Virus record (IMG/VR): IMGVR_UViG_3300006120_000027
Location: 1 to 54,304 of that record
Reading direction: 5' to 3' (one strand)
Length of the DNA: 54,304 nt
From: a virus
Lineage: Duplodnaviria > Caudoviricetes
In this document: positions 38,093 to 48,238 of the stretch, one piece after another
Layout of the letters: every line of letters begins with the position of its first letter
Position numbering within the stretch: position 1 is the first letter of the stretch
The notes under the pieces: generated by a model
What the model was told of the DNA's origin: nothing
Database searches by the model: none
Seen by the model: the letters and a program-made list of their open reading frames with translations, nothing else
Translations under genes and position numbers: made by a program

Positions 38093-38105
38093 AGGAGACA
38101 AAACA

Positions 38106-38369
38106 ATGAAAATTAACCAAGCGTTAATTGAATCATATGCTCGTAACTTGCTAGGACAAGTTATTGCAGCAGCAACAATCGTTTCAAGCACAAGCCATGT
38201 TTCGATTGTTAATTTTAAGGGTGCACAGATCGCACTTGTAGCAAACGCTCTCTGGGGCTCATTAGTTCCAGTAATCTTGCGTTTTGTTAACAAAAAGGAT
38301 CCAGCATTTGGTATTGTTGCTGAGCAAGCAACAGACGCAGTTACAGCAAAGTTAAAGGAAACTAAGTAG
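38106..38369 (+). CDS. Holin-like membrane protein
   Basis: SD AAGGAG, two hydrophobic segments, VILRFVNKKDPAFG motif resembling actinophage holins; start moved to ATG 38106. Confidence 0.65.
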   Translation: MKINQALIESYARNLLGQVIAAATIVSSTSHVSIVNFKGAQIALVANALWGSLVPVILRFVNKKDPAFGIVAEQATDAVTAKLKETK

Positions 38370-38393
38370 TAGTACTTAGTAAAAAAATTTAAT

Positions 38394-38579
38394 ATGTGGT
38401 GTAAAAAATGCAATGGAAGAGTCTTTATAGATCGTGTATTTTCTCAAAAATTACGCATAGAACTTTATTGCATTGCTTGCGGTAAGCGTTGGATAATTAA
38501 AAAAGACGGAAGTAAATTTGGAAGATGGTTAGAGAAAAAAGAAAAGCTTCGAGCAAGGGAATTGGGTATTTTTATTTAA
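38394..38579 (+). CDS. Small Zn-ribbon protein
   Basis: CKKC...CIACG. Confidence 0.7.
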   Translation: MWCKKCNGRVFIDRVFSQKLRIELYCIACGKRWIIKKDGSKFGRWLEKKEKLRARELGIFI

Positions 38580-39040
38580 ATGCCCACCTTCATAAAAAGC
38601 TGTACATCAACCGCTCTGAAGATACAATAATTGCATGGAATTATCCAATGGGTAAGCGTGTTGCTTATAATTTGTCAGACGTACGAAAAAATAAACAACA
38701 CGCTTATACCATATCTTATGTATCAAAAATGTTAAATAGACATATTGATACTATAAAAAGACATTTAAAAGCGGGGGATTTTTCAGTGCCACAAAGATCA
38801 TATTCGCTAGATGATCATAGTAAACTTGGTAGATATTATTTTTCTGAAGAAGATATTAGAAATATTAGAGAATTTTTTAAAACAGTACACATCGGTAGAC
38901 CTAGAAAAGATGGTATGGTAAACTCTACTACTATACCAAGTAAAGCAGAGCTAGAGGCTTTGCTTAGAAATGAGAAAATTTTGTACGTAAAAAATGATGA
39001 TGGAACGTTTGCTCCAGTTTGGAAACAACCAGAATGGTAG
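38525..39040 (+). CDS. HTH (MerR-like) DNA-binding protein
   Basis: YTISYVSKMLNRHIDTIKRH...RYYFSEEDI; GRPRK. Confidence 0.7.
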   Translation: MVREKRKASSKGIGYFYLNAHLHKKLYINRSEDTIIAWNYPMGKRVAYNLSDVRKNKQHAYTISYVSKMLNRHIDTIKRHLKAGDFSVPQRSYSLDDHSKLGRYYFSEEDIRNIREFFKTVHIGRPRKDGMVNSTTIPSKAELEALLRNEKILYVKNDDGTFAPVWKQPEW

Positions 39041-39276
39041 ATCAAAAGCTTAGCAAAGAAGCAAAATTAGTTTTACAGCATGCATTGCGTGTTTTAGAAC
39101 ACACTATGCAGACAGCAGTAGACAAAGAAGATTTAGAAGCTCAAATTGCAGTAGCTGATAGATTGATGATACTTTATCAACATTTATCAGAAAAGACAGT
39201 TAGAAAGTTTAAACCAGGATTTGGTTTGTTAGAGGAACCAGAAAAGGAAAAGGCAAATGACCACGAATCAGACTAA
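39019..39276 (+). CDS. Hypothetical protein (start may be 39034)
   Basis: Packed ORF within the operon. Confidence 0.6.
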   Translation: METTRMVDQKLSKEAKLVLQHALRVLEHTMQTAVDKEDLEAQIAVADRLMILYQHLSEKTVRKFKPGFGLLEEPEKEKANDHESD

Positions 39277-39472
39277 CGTAAAAGTTGAACTTCAGTACAC
39301 ACGTAATTTAGGTAATTATGAAAGTATTAAGGTTTTATTTGGCGTTGAAGATTTTGTTCGTGAAGGAGAAAATACTAGTGCTGCAACAGATCGTGTTTAT
39401 AAATTTGTTGAAGATAAGCTTGTAGAAAAAATGCAAGAAATTGAATTGGAATTAAAGCCAAAAGGAAAATAA
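39257..39472 (+). CDS. Hypothetical phage protein
   Basis: YTRNLGNYESIKV motif; SD AAGGA. Confidence 0.7.
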   Translation: MTTNQTNVKVELQYTRNLGNYESIKVLFGVEDFVREGENTSAATDRVYKFVEDKLVEKMQEIELELKPKGK

Positions 39473-39805
39473 ATGGGCAAAGAGGAAAATCAGCAAGCCT
39501 ACATTCTTATAGGAATATATCAACAGCTGTACAAAAACAAGTATAATAAGCCCGTAGTTGTAAATCGTTATAAAAGAAAATGGGATTTACTTGACGTTAT
39601 AGAAACCATAGGGTATGATAGGGCAAAAGAAATACTTGAATATTATTTCACATGCAATAAGCCAGGGCATACACTTGAATGGTTTTTGTCTAATTTTGAT
39701 AAATTAGATGATATGAAAACAAGAATTGAAAAAGACCAGGCGCATAGATTATTAGTAAAAGCGCAAACAAAAGAATTAGTAGAACAGGAAAAAATTGAAT
39801 ACTGA
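39473..39805 (+). CDS. Hypothetical protein upstream of the helicase
   Basis: Packed ORF overlapping the DnaB start. Confidence 0.65.
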   Translation: MGKEENQQAYILIGIYQQLYKNKYNKPVVVNRYKRKWDLLDVIETIGYDRAKEILEYYFTCNKPGHTLEWFLSNFDKLDDMKTRIEKDQAHRLLVKAQTKELVEQEKIEY

Positions 39806-41015
39806 ATCTGCAGTAATTTCAGCAATATGTAGCAATAAAGATATTGCTACTGTAATGGCAGAAAACGTTGATGATATATTTATTTCCTATCGTGATGTTT
39901 GGGAAGGTTTAAAATCATATTATCTTAAGTTCAGATCTGTTCCAGATATATCCGTATTGCAAGAAAAATTTAAAGATTTTGAAGCAGAGCCAGTAAAGGG
40001 AGAAACAGGATATTACCTTGATCAATTAAAGAATGAATTTCTTGCTTCAAGATTAAGAGATTTATTGATGAAGAGTGGCTCAAGTTTAAAATCTGAAGCC
40101 CCACTTAGAATTATGGGATCAATGCAGGCAGAATTGTCTAATCTATCAAGACTAACAAATGCTGTTCGTGATATTGATTTAACAGATTATGAGTTAGCCG
40201 AAAAACACATTGAGTCTGTTAAAACAAGATCTGCAGCGATGGGTGGAAGCCCAGGTATTATGACTGGGTTTAAAGCATTGGACCTTGCATACCCTACAGG
40301 AATGGCTCCAGGACACCTTATGGTGATGATTGGATGGGCAGGTAGGGGTAAGACATGGTTTGCTTCTTATCTGGCCTGTAAGGCTTGGGAGCAGGGTTTT
40401 AGGCCCATGATTGTATCACTTGAAATGACACCTGAAAATATGAGAGATCGTATTTATACAATGATGGGATCGGGATTATTTAGGGCTTCAGATTTTGCAA
40501 AAGGCTCTATTGATATGGATAGCTTTCATAACTGGGGAGAAAAAAAGTTTACAGACAAACAATCATTTATTCTTGTTTCTAATGAAGGTGCGGGAGAAGT
40601 AACTCCTGCAACAGTACAAGCAAAGATTGATCAGCATAAGCCTGATATTGTTATTCTTGATTATCATCAATTGTTTAATGATACTAAAAAAAGCAATTCT
40701 GAAGTAGAAAGAAATAGAAACATTTCTCGTGACTTTAAGCTTTTAGCAGTAAGAAATAATATTCCTGTAATTGATATTACCGCTGCAACTATGGATGATA
40801 TTTCAGATCAAGATAATCCACCTTTATTGTCACAAGTTGCATGGTCAAAAGCTATTGAATATGATGCTGACATTGCAATCGCTGTGCATAGAGTTCCAGA
40901 TACTAATATCATAGAAATTGTAAGTCGCAAAAATAGACATGGAACAGAATTTGATTTTAGGCTTGATTGGGATTTAAACAGAGGAATCGTTAAAGAGATA
41001 TACGAAGGTATGTAA
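39795..41015 (+). CDS. dnaB: DnaB-like replicative helicase
   Basis: Walker A GWAGRGKT, SLEM, ILDYHQL, IEYDAD, KNRHG. Confidence 0.92.
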   Translation: MNTESAVISAICSNKDIATVMAENVDDIFISYRDVWEGLKSYYLKFRSVPDISVLQEKFKDFEAEPVKGETGYYLDQLKNEFLASRLRDLLMKSGSSLKSEAPLRIMGSMQAELSNLSRLTNAVRDIDLTDYELAEKHIESVKTRSAAMGGSPGIMTGFKALDLAYPTGMAPGHLMVMIGWAGRGKTWFASYLACKAWEQGFRPMIVSLEMTPENMRDRIYTMMGSGLFRASDFAKGSIDMDSFHNWGEKKFTDKQSFILVSNEGAGEVTPATVQAKIDQHKPDIVILDYHQLFNDTKKSNSEVERNRNISRDFKLLAVRNNIPVIDITAATMDDISDQDNPPLLSQVAWSKAIEYDADIAIAVHRVPDTNIIEIVSRKNRHGTEFDFRLDWDLNRGIVKEIYEGM

Positions 41016-41028
41016 TAGTAGTCTAAAA

Positions 41029-41037
41029 TGTTATAAT
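41029..41037 (+). promoter_or_regulatory. Extended -10 promoter
   Basis: TGT-TATAAT in the intergenic gap. Confidence 0.55.
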
Positions 41038-41063
41038 TAATCCATAATCCATATGGAGAAAAT

Positions 41064-41342
41064 ATGTTAAAGAAAACTATACATCAGTTTTTGACTGGCG
41101 GACTTATAAAAAGCGATAAAGATTTAGGTCGCTTAAGAGAAATGCATGAAAGACTTTTGGTGCAAGACATGCTTGCAAAAGGATATGTTCCAGTTTTAGA
41201 TATGGAATCTCAATGGGAAATTACTTATGTTCAAAAAAAAGATGCCTACTCATTTCAATTAATTATGTTTGGTGTATACTTAGGAAAGAAAAAAGCTCTA
41301 GACTATATAGGATTTTCAGGGCAAAAATTTATTAAGAAATGA
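41064..41342 (+). CDS. Hypothetical phage protein
   Basis: SD GGAG; KGYVPVLD motif. Confidence 0.7.
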   Translation: MLKKTIHQFLTGGLIKSDKDLGRLREMHERLLVQDMLAKGYVPVLDMESQWEITYVQKKDAYSFQLIMFGVYLGKKKALDYIGFSGQKFIKK

Positions 41343-41346
41343 TAAT

Positions 41347-41985
41347 ATGATAATAGAAAAATATTCAATGGGTATAGTTTATGTTAGAAATATACTATCA
41401 AATTGCAATGAAATAATTGATAAAATTGAAGATCTTGAACATAAGATAATTAACACATCATCTTATGTTAAGACTACAAAGTGGTCTCCTTGGGATTATG
41501 ACGATTTACATTTTTGTATGAAAAAAAATATTCCAAGAACAATTGACCTTAACTCAAATGATAAATTTTATGAAGAACAATTATTTATTTCAAAAACTAT
41601 TACTGATGGTGTAAATATTGCTATGGAAAAGTATTTTGAAATATACCCACTTGCAAGACAAGAAGCAAAAAGTCTTGAAAATCCAATTTCATTATTAAAA
41701 TATGAACAGGGCGGGTTTTTGCCACAACACACAGACCTAGGGAGAAGTACTAGAGTAATATCTGGAGTAGTATACTTAAATGACGGTTATGGTGGCGGAG
41801 AAATTAATTTTCCATATGCTGATTTAAAAATAAAGCCAGAAGCTGGTAGTTGTGTGATATTTCCATCTAGCTATTTAGGTACGCATTTTGTATCAGAACT
41901 TATTGAAGGAGCTAGATATGTTTTGCCATATTGGTTCCATCATGTTAAAGAGGAGTTGCAAGTAAACTCAGATGGTAGTGCATAA
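41347..41985 (+). CDS. Prolyl 4-hydroxylase-like 2OG-Fe(II) oxygenase
   Basis: LLKYEQGGFLPQHTD, RVISGVVYLNDGYGGGEINF, KPEAGSCVIFPS, THFV, GARY. Confidence 0.88.
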   Translation: MIIEKYSMGIVYVRNILSNCNEIIDKIEDLEHKIINTSSYVKTTKWSPWDYDDLHFCMKKNIPRTIDLNSNDKFYEEQLFISKTITDGVNIAMEKYFEIYPLARQEAKSLENPISLLKYEQGGFLPQHTDLGRSTRVISGVVYLNDGYGGGEINFPYADLKIKPEAGSCVIFPSSYLGTHFVSELIEGARYVLPYWFHHVKEELQVNSDGSA

Positions 41986-41990
41986 ATAAA

Positions 41991-42953
41991 ATGATTGTTG
42001 AATCTTATAACCAAACGCAATTGCGTGAGGTTCTTCAGACTATTGGTGTAAAAATTGTTTCTGAAACAAGTACAGATTTCTTATGCCTATGCCCCTTTCA
42101 CTCAAATAAAAAAACCCCATCATTTGCCATAAGTTATTCAAAAGGTCTTTATGTTTGCTATAACCCATCTTGTGATGCTAAGGGGAATTTAAAGCACCTA
42201 ATACAAAGAGTCGGGTCTATGAGTGAAGGCGAAGCAAATCGTATGCTTTTGTCAATAGATAAGATGAAAATTGAGCATTTTGATGAAGACCTTGCAAAGC
42301 TTCTAGAGGTGCAGCCAGACTTTGAAGAGTTTTCTCAAGAAATTTTAGATACGTTGCATGATAATTTAATGTCTAGTCAAAAAGCTGTAGAATATTTTGA
42401 TTCAAGAAATATAAATTTAAATTCAATTGAATATTTTAGTCTTGGCTATTCGGAAAATCAAAATATGGTCACTGTCCCAGTGCATAGTCCTAATGGGCAA
42501 CCAGTAGGATTGGTTGGAAGATCTATAGAGGGAAAGTCTTTCAAAAATAGTACAAACTTACCACGAAGCAAAACTATGTTTAACATACATAGAGCTAAAA
42601 AATTTGGAAGCAAGATCATTGTAACTGAGTCTTGTTTTGATGCAATTCGTGTTCATCAAGCAGGTTTCCCTAATGTAGTTGCCACATTGGGCGGTCATAT
42701 ATCTAAAGAAAATTTAGCCAACTTAAATAAATATGCTTCAACAATTATAATAGCTACAGATTCAGATGAAGCTGGTAGAAAATTAGGAAATCAAATTGCT
42801 ACTACTTTAAAGTGGAAAGAAATTTTGTGGGCTAATTATAATGATTCTGTTGTTTATCCACATGATGCAAAAGACATGGGAGATTTAACAGATGAAGAAA
42901 TCAAAAGTTGTATAAAAAACGCAAAACATCACTTTGAATATATTTCTTTGTGA
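41991..42953 (+). CDS. dnaG: DNA primase (CHC2 zinc finger + TOPRIM)
   Basis: CPFH...TPSF...C, GRSI, VTESCFD, ATLG, DSDEAG, KD. Confidence 0.92.
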   Translation: MIVESYNQTQLREVLQTIGVKIVSETSTDFLCLCPFHSNKKTPSFAISYSKGLYVCYNPSCDAKGNLKHLIQRVGSMSEGEANRMLLSIDKMKIEHFDEDLAKLLEVQPDFEEFSQEILDTLHDNLMSSQKAVEYFDSRNINLNSIEYFSLGYSENQNMVTVPVHSPNGQPVGLVGRSIEGKSFKNSTNLPRSKTMFNIHRAKKFGSKIIVTESCFDAIRVHQAGFPNVVATLGGHISKENLANLNKYASTIIIATDSDEAGRKLGNQIATTLKWKEILWANYNDSVVYPHDAKDMGDLTDEEIKSCIKNAKHHFEYISL

Positions 42954-42959
42954 TATAAT
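42951..42959 (+). promoter_or_regulatory. Extended -10 promoter
   Basis: TGA-TATAAT upstream of the SSB gene. Confidence 0.55.
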
Positions 42960-43010
42960 ATATAAGACAGGAACATTTTATCGTTCCACATATACTAAGG
43001 AGAATATAAT

Positions 43011-43685
43011 ATGGGTATCGTAACAGGCTTAAACGCTATTAACAAAGCAATTGAACAACCTTCTTTTTCAAATGAAGGTGGCCCAAAAGGTCGTTGGTTA
43101 AAGTTAGACGACGGGCAAAGTACTAAAATTCGTTTTCTTCAGGAGATTGATCCTGATTCCCCACATTACATACAAAAAGCAGGTCTAGGGATTGTCGCTA
43201 TTGAACATACTAATCCAAAAGACTATAAGCGCAAAGCTGTTTGTACAATCGAAGACCAAGGTCAATGCTATGGCTGCGAAGCAGATAGAAAAATGCCAAA
43301 GTCTGGTTGGAAGGCAAAGCCTCGTTTTTATGTAAACGTACTTGTTAATGATGATAAGGAAGAACCTTATGTTGCAATCATGTCACAAGGAATTGGTCCA
43401 AAGAGTGCAACTGCAGAAATTAGTCAGTATGCAGCAGAAACTGGCAGCATCACAAATTTGATTTGGAAGATTAAGCGTAGCGGAACTCAAAAGGATACTA
43501 ATTACAGCATTATTCCATTGCCTACTGCAAACGTAGAGCCAATTGATCTTGATAAGTATGAGTTGTTTGACTTGTCTAAGGTAGCTGTTCGTGATGTAGC
43601 GTATAGCGAACAAGAAAATTTTTATAACGGAATTGTTTCAGAGACTTCAAGCGAAGCAACCACTTCTTCATCTGTTGAGTGGTAA
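43011..43685 (+). CDS. ssDNA-binding protein (gp32-like)
   Basis: WLKLDDGQSTKIRFL, His/Cys cluster, KRSGTQKDTNYSIIP, acidic/Ser tail ending in Trp; SD AAGGAG. Confidence 0.75.
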   Translation: MGIVTGLNAINKAIEQPSFSNEGGPKGRWLKLDDGQSTKIRFLQEIDPDSPHYIQKAGLGIVAIEHTNPKDYKRKAVCTIEDQGQCYGCEADRKMPKSGWKAKPRFYVNVLVNDDKEEPYVAIMSQGIGPKSATAEISQYAAETGSITNLIWKIKRSGTQKDTNYSIIPLPTANVEPIDLDKYELFDLSKVAVRDVAYSEQENFYNGIVSETSSEATTSSSVEW

Positions 43686-43704
43686 TTTAAACTAAAGGTC
43701 GGTA

Positions 43705-46700
43705 TTGGTGAATTTCACACATTTACATGTGCATTCGCACTATTCTTTGATGGATGGGCTATGCCCACCAAGTGAACTATTATTAGCTGCAAAAAATGCT
43801 GGACAAAAGGCAATGGCTATAACAGATCACGGGACTCTAGCATCACATAGAGATATGCAGATTGCTGCAAAAGAATTGGGAATGAAGCCAATACTTGGCC
43901 TTGAAGCTTATATTTCTGCAACAGATCGTTTTGACAGACGTGATATTAAACAGCGTGATGATAATACACAAGTATTCAATCATCTTATTATTCTTGCAAA
44001 AAATAATCAAGGCGTTAAAAATTTAAATAAACTTTCAGAACTTGCTTGGACTGAAGGATATTACAGAAAGCCAAGAATTGATTTTGAGATTTTGGATGAG
44101 TATGGCGACGGCTTGATTATTTTATCTGGCTGCCTTAATGGTTTAATTTGCAAAGCCTTAGAGCGTGGAGATATCCCAAAGGCAAGAGAATACATGAACT
44201 GGTTTGCAAATAGATTTGGCGAAGACTTTTATGTAGAAGTTCAATCACACAATCCAGAAAAAATTAATAAAACATTAATTGAAATGGCAAAGCAAGAAGG
44301 AGTAAAGGTAGTCGCTACTGGCGATTGTCATTATGCAACAAAAGATCAAAAGGCATTGGAAGAAGCATTACTAATTTTATCAACAAAGCCTGATGTTGCA
44401 GATAATGCTAATTACGAAACAAGTCAAAAATTTAACAATATTTTTGAAAAATTAGATCACCTCTATCCAGATCGTCCAATTTCTTTTTCAGATATTAATG
44501 TATATATCCAAAGTGTTGATGAATTAAAAGCAGACTTTGGCGATTCGTATTCAGATGAAATTTATACAAATACTCAAGAAATTGTGGATAAAGTTGAAGA
44601 TTATGAATTTCACGAAAATCTTCAATTATTACCTAAACCAAAAACTGATCCACACAAACAGTTAATAAAAATGTGTAAAGAATCACTAGAGCAAAAAAGA
44701 TTAACTTCATCATTTTTAGGAGATAATGTTTATGAAGAAAGATTGGAAGAAGAACTTGCTGTCATCAAGGACAAAGAGTTTAGTAGTTATTTTCTTGTTG
44801 TTAGCGACATGGTTAATTGGGCAAAGGAAAATGAAATCCTTGTTGGCCCAGGGCGTGGATCGGCAGCGGGAAGTTTAGTATGTTATCTATTGGGTATTAC
44901 AGAAGTAGACCCAATTAAGTTTGACCTATTGTTTTTTCGTTTTATTAACCCAGAGCGTAATGACTTTCCAGATATTGATACAGACTTTATGGATCGCCGT
45001 CGTGGAGAAGTTAAAGATTTTTTACGCAAAAAGTTTAAGAACGTCGCTTCTATTTCTACTTATCAGTATTTTAAAGATAAAGGTGTTGTTAGAGATGCAT
45101 CTAGAGTCTTTGATATACCACTGGGAGAAGTTAATAAAGCTCTTAAAGGAATTGAAACATTTGAAGATTTTGAGTCTAACCCAAATTCTAGATGGTTTAT
45201 TGAAAAGTATCCTGAAGCTATGCAGATTGCATCTCAACTTCGTGGAAGAATTCGTTCTGTAGGTATGCATGCAGCTGGTGTTGTGGTATCTAATGAGCCT
45301 ATTGTAAACTTTGCTCCAATGGAATCAAGAAGCGACGCAAGTGACGACGTGTCTGGAAGAATTCCAGTTGTTGCATATGATATGGACCAGGCAGCAGACC
45401 TAGGCCTTATTAAATTTGACGTTCTTGGTCTTAAAACACTTTCTGTTATTAAAGATACAGTTGATATTATTAAAACAAGGCACAACAAAATAATTGAATT
45501 AAATTCATTGCCGCTAGACGACAAAAATATTTTTTATGATTTATCTAATGGTTTTACAAAAGGCGTATTTCAAGCAGAAGCAACACCTTATACAAATCTT
45601 TTAATTAAAATGGGTGTTGATAATTTTGAAGACATGGTTGCATCAAATGCCCTTGTGCGCCCAGGTGCTATGAATACTGTGGGGGCAGAGTATCTTGGCC
45701 GTAAGCGTGGAGAAAAAATTGTCACATATGTTCATCCTATGATGAAACAATTTACTGAGCGTACATATGGTGTTATTATTTATCAAGAACAAGTTATGCA
45801 AGCCTGTGTGCACCTAGGTGGTATGTCTTGGTCTGAAGCTGATAAAGTTAGAAAAATTATTGGAAAGAAGAAAGACGCAAGAGAATTTGACATATTCCGT
45901 GATAAGTTCATTACAGGAGCAAGAAATTACATATCAAAAGAAGATGCTGAGCACCTTTGGCATGATTTTGAAGCGCATGCTGGGTATTCTTTTAATCGTT
46001 CCCACGCTGTTGCTTACAGCCTTCTTGGTTATTGGACTGCTTGGCTTAAGCATTATTATCCGCTTGAATTCGTATTTGCTCTTCTCAAAAATGAAGGTGA
46101 CAAAGATGCTAGAACAGAATATTTACTCGAAGCTAAAAGACTCGGAATTAAAATATTACTCCCTCACGTCAACGAATCAGAACTCGATTTTAGCATACAA
46201 GGTAATGCCATTAGATTTGGTCTTGCAAATATTAAGTTTATTTCAGAAAATATTGGAAAAAAGCTTATTGTTTCTAGACCATATAGATCGTTTGCTCACC
46301 TACAAGAAATCGCAGAAACAAAAAAGTCGGGCATAAATTCAAGAGCTGTATCTTCATTAAGTATGATTGGCGCAGCAACATTTTCAGATAACCCTAGGAC
46401 TGGTAATGAATCTCAGTATTATTATGAGTATTTAAATATACCTAAATTTGATACACGTGGTTTAACACCTTATATTAAATCACAGGTCACTCCTTTGCAA
46501 GATTTTTTGGAAGAGGGTTGCTATATTCTTATGGCAATGGTTAAACAAATTAAAAAGGGTAAGGGCTGGTCTCGTGTAGAACTTGTAGATGATACAGGAT
46601 CAATTGGGATTTTCCACTCAGAAAATACACAAATTGAAACAGGAAATATGTATTTTTTCCTTGTTGGGGATAATAGAATTCATAAATATGTTACAATAGA

Positions 46701-46989
46701 AGATGTAATTAATAAAAAAGATGAACCATTTGTTAATTATTTACACACTCAAAGTTTAGACGTGCCAGATGATAAAAAGCTTGTAATAGATTTTACACAC
46801 TATAAAACAAAGCAAGGAAAAATGATGGCACACATTATTTACTCAGATAAAACAAAAGAATTGTATAGAGTTATAGCATTTCCAAAAATGTATAACCTAG
46901 CACTAGGAAAGATGAAAGCAGGATCTTTCTGTTCTCCCGTTATTTCCAAATTGGATGACGGAACTAAATATGTAAAGGATATAGAATGA
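43705..46989 (+). CDS. dnaE: DNA polymerase III alpha subunit
   Basis: HLHVHSHYSLMDG (PHP domain), GRGSAAGS, PDIDTD, HAAGVV, KFDVLGL, YSFNRSHA. Confidence 0.96.
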   Translation: MVNFTHLHVHSHYSLMDGLCPPSELLLAAKNAGQKAMAITDHGTLASHRDMQIAAKELGMKPILGLEAYISATDRFDRRDIKQRDDNTQVFNHLIILAKNNQGVKNLNKLSELAWTEGYYRKPRIDFEILDEYGDGLIILSGCLNGLICKALERGDIPKAREYMNWFANRFGEDFYVEVQSHNPEKINKTLIEMAKQEGVKVVATGDCHYATKDQKALEEALLILSTKPDVADNANYETSQKFNNIFEKLDHLYPDRPISFSDINVYIQSVDELKADFGDSYSDEIYTNTQEIVDKVEDYEFHENLQLLPKPKTDPHKQLIKMCKESLEQKRLTSSFLGDNVYEERLEEELAVIKDKEFSSYFLVVSDMVNWAKENEILVGPGRGSAAGSLVCYLLGITEVDPIKFDLLFFRFINPERNDFPDIDTDFMDRRRGEVKDFLRKKFKNVASISTYQYFKDKGVVRDASRVFDIPLGEVNKALKGIETFEDFESNPNSRWFIEKYPEAMQIASQLRGRIRSVGMHAAGVVVSNEPIVNFAPMESRSDASDDVSGRIPVVAYDMDQAADLGLIKFDVLGLKTLSVIKDTVDIIKTRHNKIIELNSLPLDDKNIFYDLSNGFTKGVFQAEATPYTNLLIKMGVDNFEDMVASNALVRPGAMNTVGAEYLGRKRGEKIVTYVHPMMKQFTERTYGVIIYQEQVMQACVHLGGMSWSEADKVRKIIGKKKDAREFDIFRDKFITGARNYISKEDAEHLWHDFEAHAGYSFNRSHAVAYSLLGYWTAWLKHYYPLEFVFALLKNEGDKDARTEYLLEAKRLGIKILLPHVNESELDFSIQGNAIRFGLANIKFISENIGKKLIVSRPYRSFAHLQEIAETKKSGINSRAVSSLSMIGAATFSDNPRTGNESQYYYEYLNIPKFDTRGLTPYIKSQVTPLQDFLEEGCYILMAMVKQIKKGKGWSRVELVDDTGSIGIFHSENTQIETGNMYFFLVGDNRIHKYVTIEDVINKKDEPFVNYLHTQSLDVPDDKKLVIDFTHYKTKQGKMMAHIIYSDKTKELYRVIAFPKMYNLALGKMKAGSFCSPVISKLDDGTKYVKDIE

Positions 46990-47240
46990 CAGACGAAACA
47001 ACACAAGATGTTGTATCTACAGATACAAATTCAGAACAACCAAATGTTAATATTAGCGTTGAGCAAATTCTTGCTTCAATCCTAAAAACAACTGGCTCAA
47101 TTAATGTGGCTTTGGAAGATTTAATTGCAAACTATGGTAGTTTTACTATTGCTGTAAATCAAAGAGAAGATAAATCAGTAGACTTCTCATTAACCCCTCT
47201 TTCAGAAGTACAACAAAACGATACAGTTTCTGAGGAATAA
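46986..47240 (+). CDS. Hypothetical acidic protein
   Basis: ATGA and TAATG overlaps with neighbouring genes. Confidence 0.7.
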   Translation: MTDETTQDVVSTDTNSEQPNVNISVEQILASILKTTGSINVALEDLIANYGSFTIAVNQREDKSVDFSLTPLSEVQQNDTVSEE

Positions 47241-48238
47241 TGTCCCTAGTTGCAGATAAAATATTGGCTGGGTTGGATCCCAAGACCAGACAAAGAATTC
47301 AACTTGCAACAGAAATAAGTGTAGAAAGACAAAAAACACCAAGCATAGGCTTAAACTTAGGTTTAAAAGGTGGCTTGGGTTTTGGAAGACAAGTCCTTAT
47401 TTGGGGTAACAAGTCTGCTGGTAAATCTTCATTTTGTTTGCAAATGATAGGTATGGCACAAAAAGAAGGTAAAACTTGCGCTTGGATTGATTCTGAAGCA
47501 TCTTATGATTCTAATTGGGCAGCTTCCCTAGGTGTAGATTCCTCTTCCCTTATCTATTCACCAGCAAAAAGCATTAATGACATGGTTGATGTTGCTACTC
47601 AGCTTATGGAGGCGGGAGTAGATATTATTGTTGTTGATTCTATTTCAGCATTACTCCCCGCTATCTATTTTGAAAAAGATAGTTCTGATCTCAAGAAACT
47701 TGAAGACACCAAGCAGATTGGCGCAGAAGCAAAGGATATGACACATGCAGTCAAAATGCTTAATTATGCCAACAAAAATACGTTATTGGTTCTTATTTCT
47801 CAGCAGAGAAACCAGTTTGGAAGTATGCATGCATCTCATATACCCACTGGAGGGATGGCTGTTAAGTTTTTCTCTAGCACCATTATCAAGCTTTGGTCCT
47901 CAGAAGCTGAAGCAAATGCTATCAAGGCTGGAATCCAAGTTGGTGACAAGATCATTGAACAAAAAGTGGGTAGACCCGTCAACTGGATCGTTGATTACAA
48001 TAAGCTTGGCCCTATGGGCCAGTCAGGTCAATACGATTTTTACTATCAAGGAGATAAAGTCGGAATTGATTCAATAGGTGAAGTTCTTGATTCTGCCGAA
48101 ATGATGGGTAAAATTCAAAAGGGCGGTGCATGGTATACTATTGGTGAAGAAAGATTTCAGGGAAGAAATAAAGCTTTAGAGTATTTAAAGGATAACCCTG
48201 ATGTAGTAGAAAGTTTATCTAATAGTTTGTATGAGTAA
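47240..48238 (+). CDS. recA: RecA-like recombinase
   Basis: GNKSAGKS, IDSE, VVDSISAL, TGGMAVKFFSS, KGGAWY. Confidence 0.93.
   Translation: MSLVADKILAGLDPKTRQRIQLATEISVERQKTPSIGLNLGLKGGLGFGRQVLIWGNKSAGKSSFCLQMIGMAQKEGKTCAWIDSEASYDSNWAASLGVDSSSLIYSPAKSINDMVDVATQLMEAGVDIIVVDSISALLPAIYFEKDSSDLKKLEDTKQIGAEAKDMTHAVKMLNYANKNTLLVLISQQRNQFGSMHASHIPTGGMAVKFFSSTIIKLWSSEAEANAIKAGIQVGDKIIEQKVGRPVNWIVDYNKLGPMGQSGQYDFYYQGDKVGIDSIGEVLDSAEMMGKIQKGGAWYTIGEERFQGRNKALEYLKDNPDVVESLSNSLYE

Noticed and set aside
42970-42987. GGAAC-N8-GTTCC hairpin in the SSB leader as an autoregulatory element
   Set aside because: A 5-bp stem is too weak to distinguish from chance.
45818-46336. 172-aa alternative-frame ORF inside dnaE, and similar ones in recA and terL
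   Set aside because: Off-frame by-products of codon bias; Leu/Lys-rich with no recognisable motifs.
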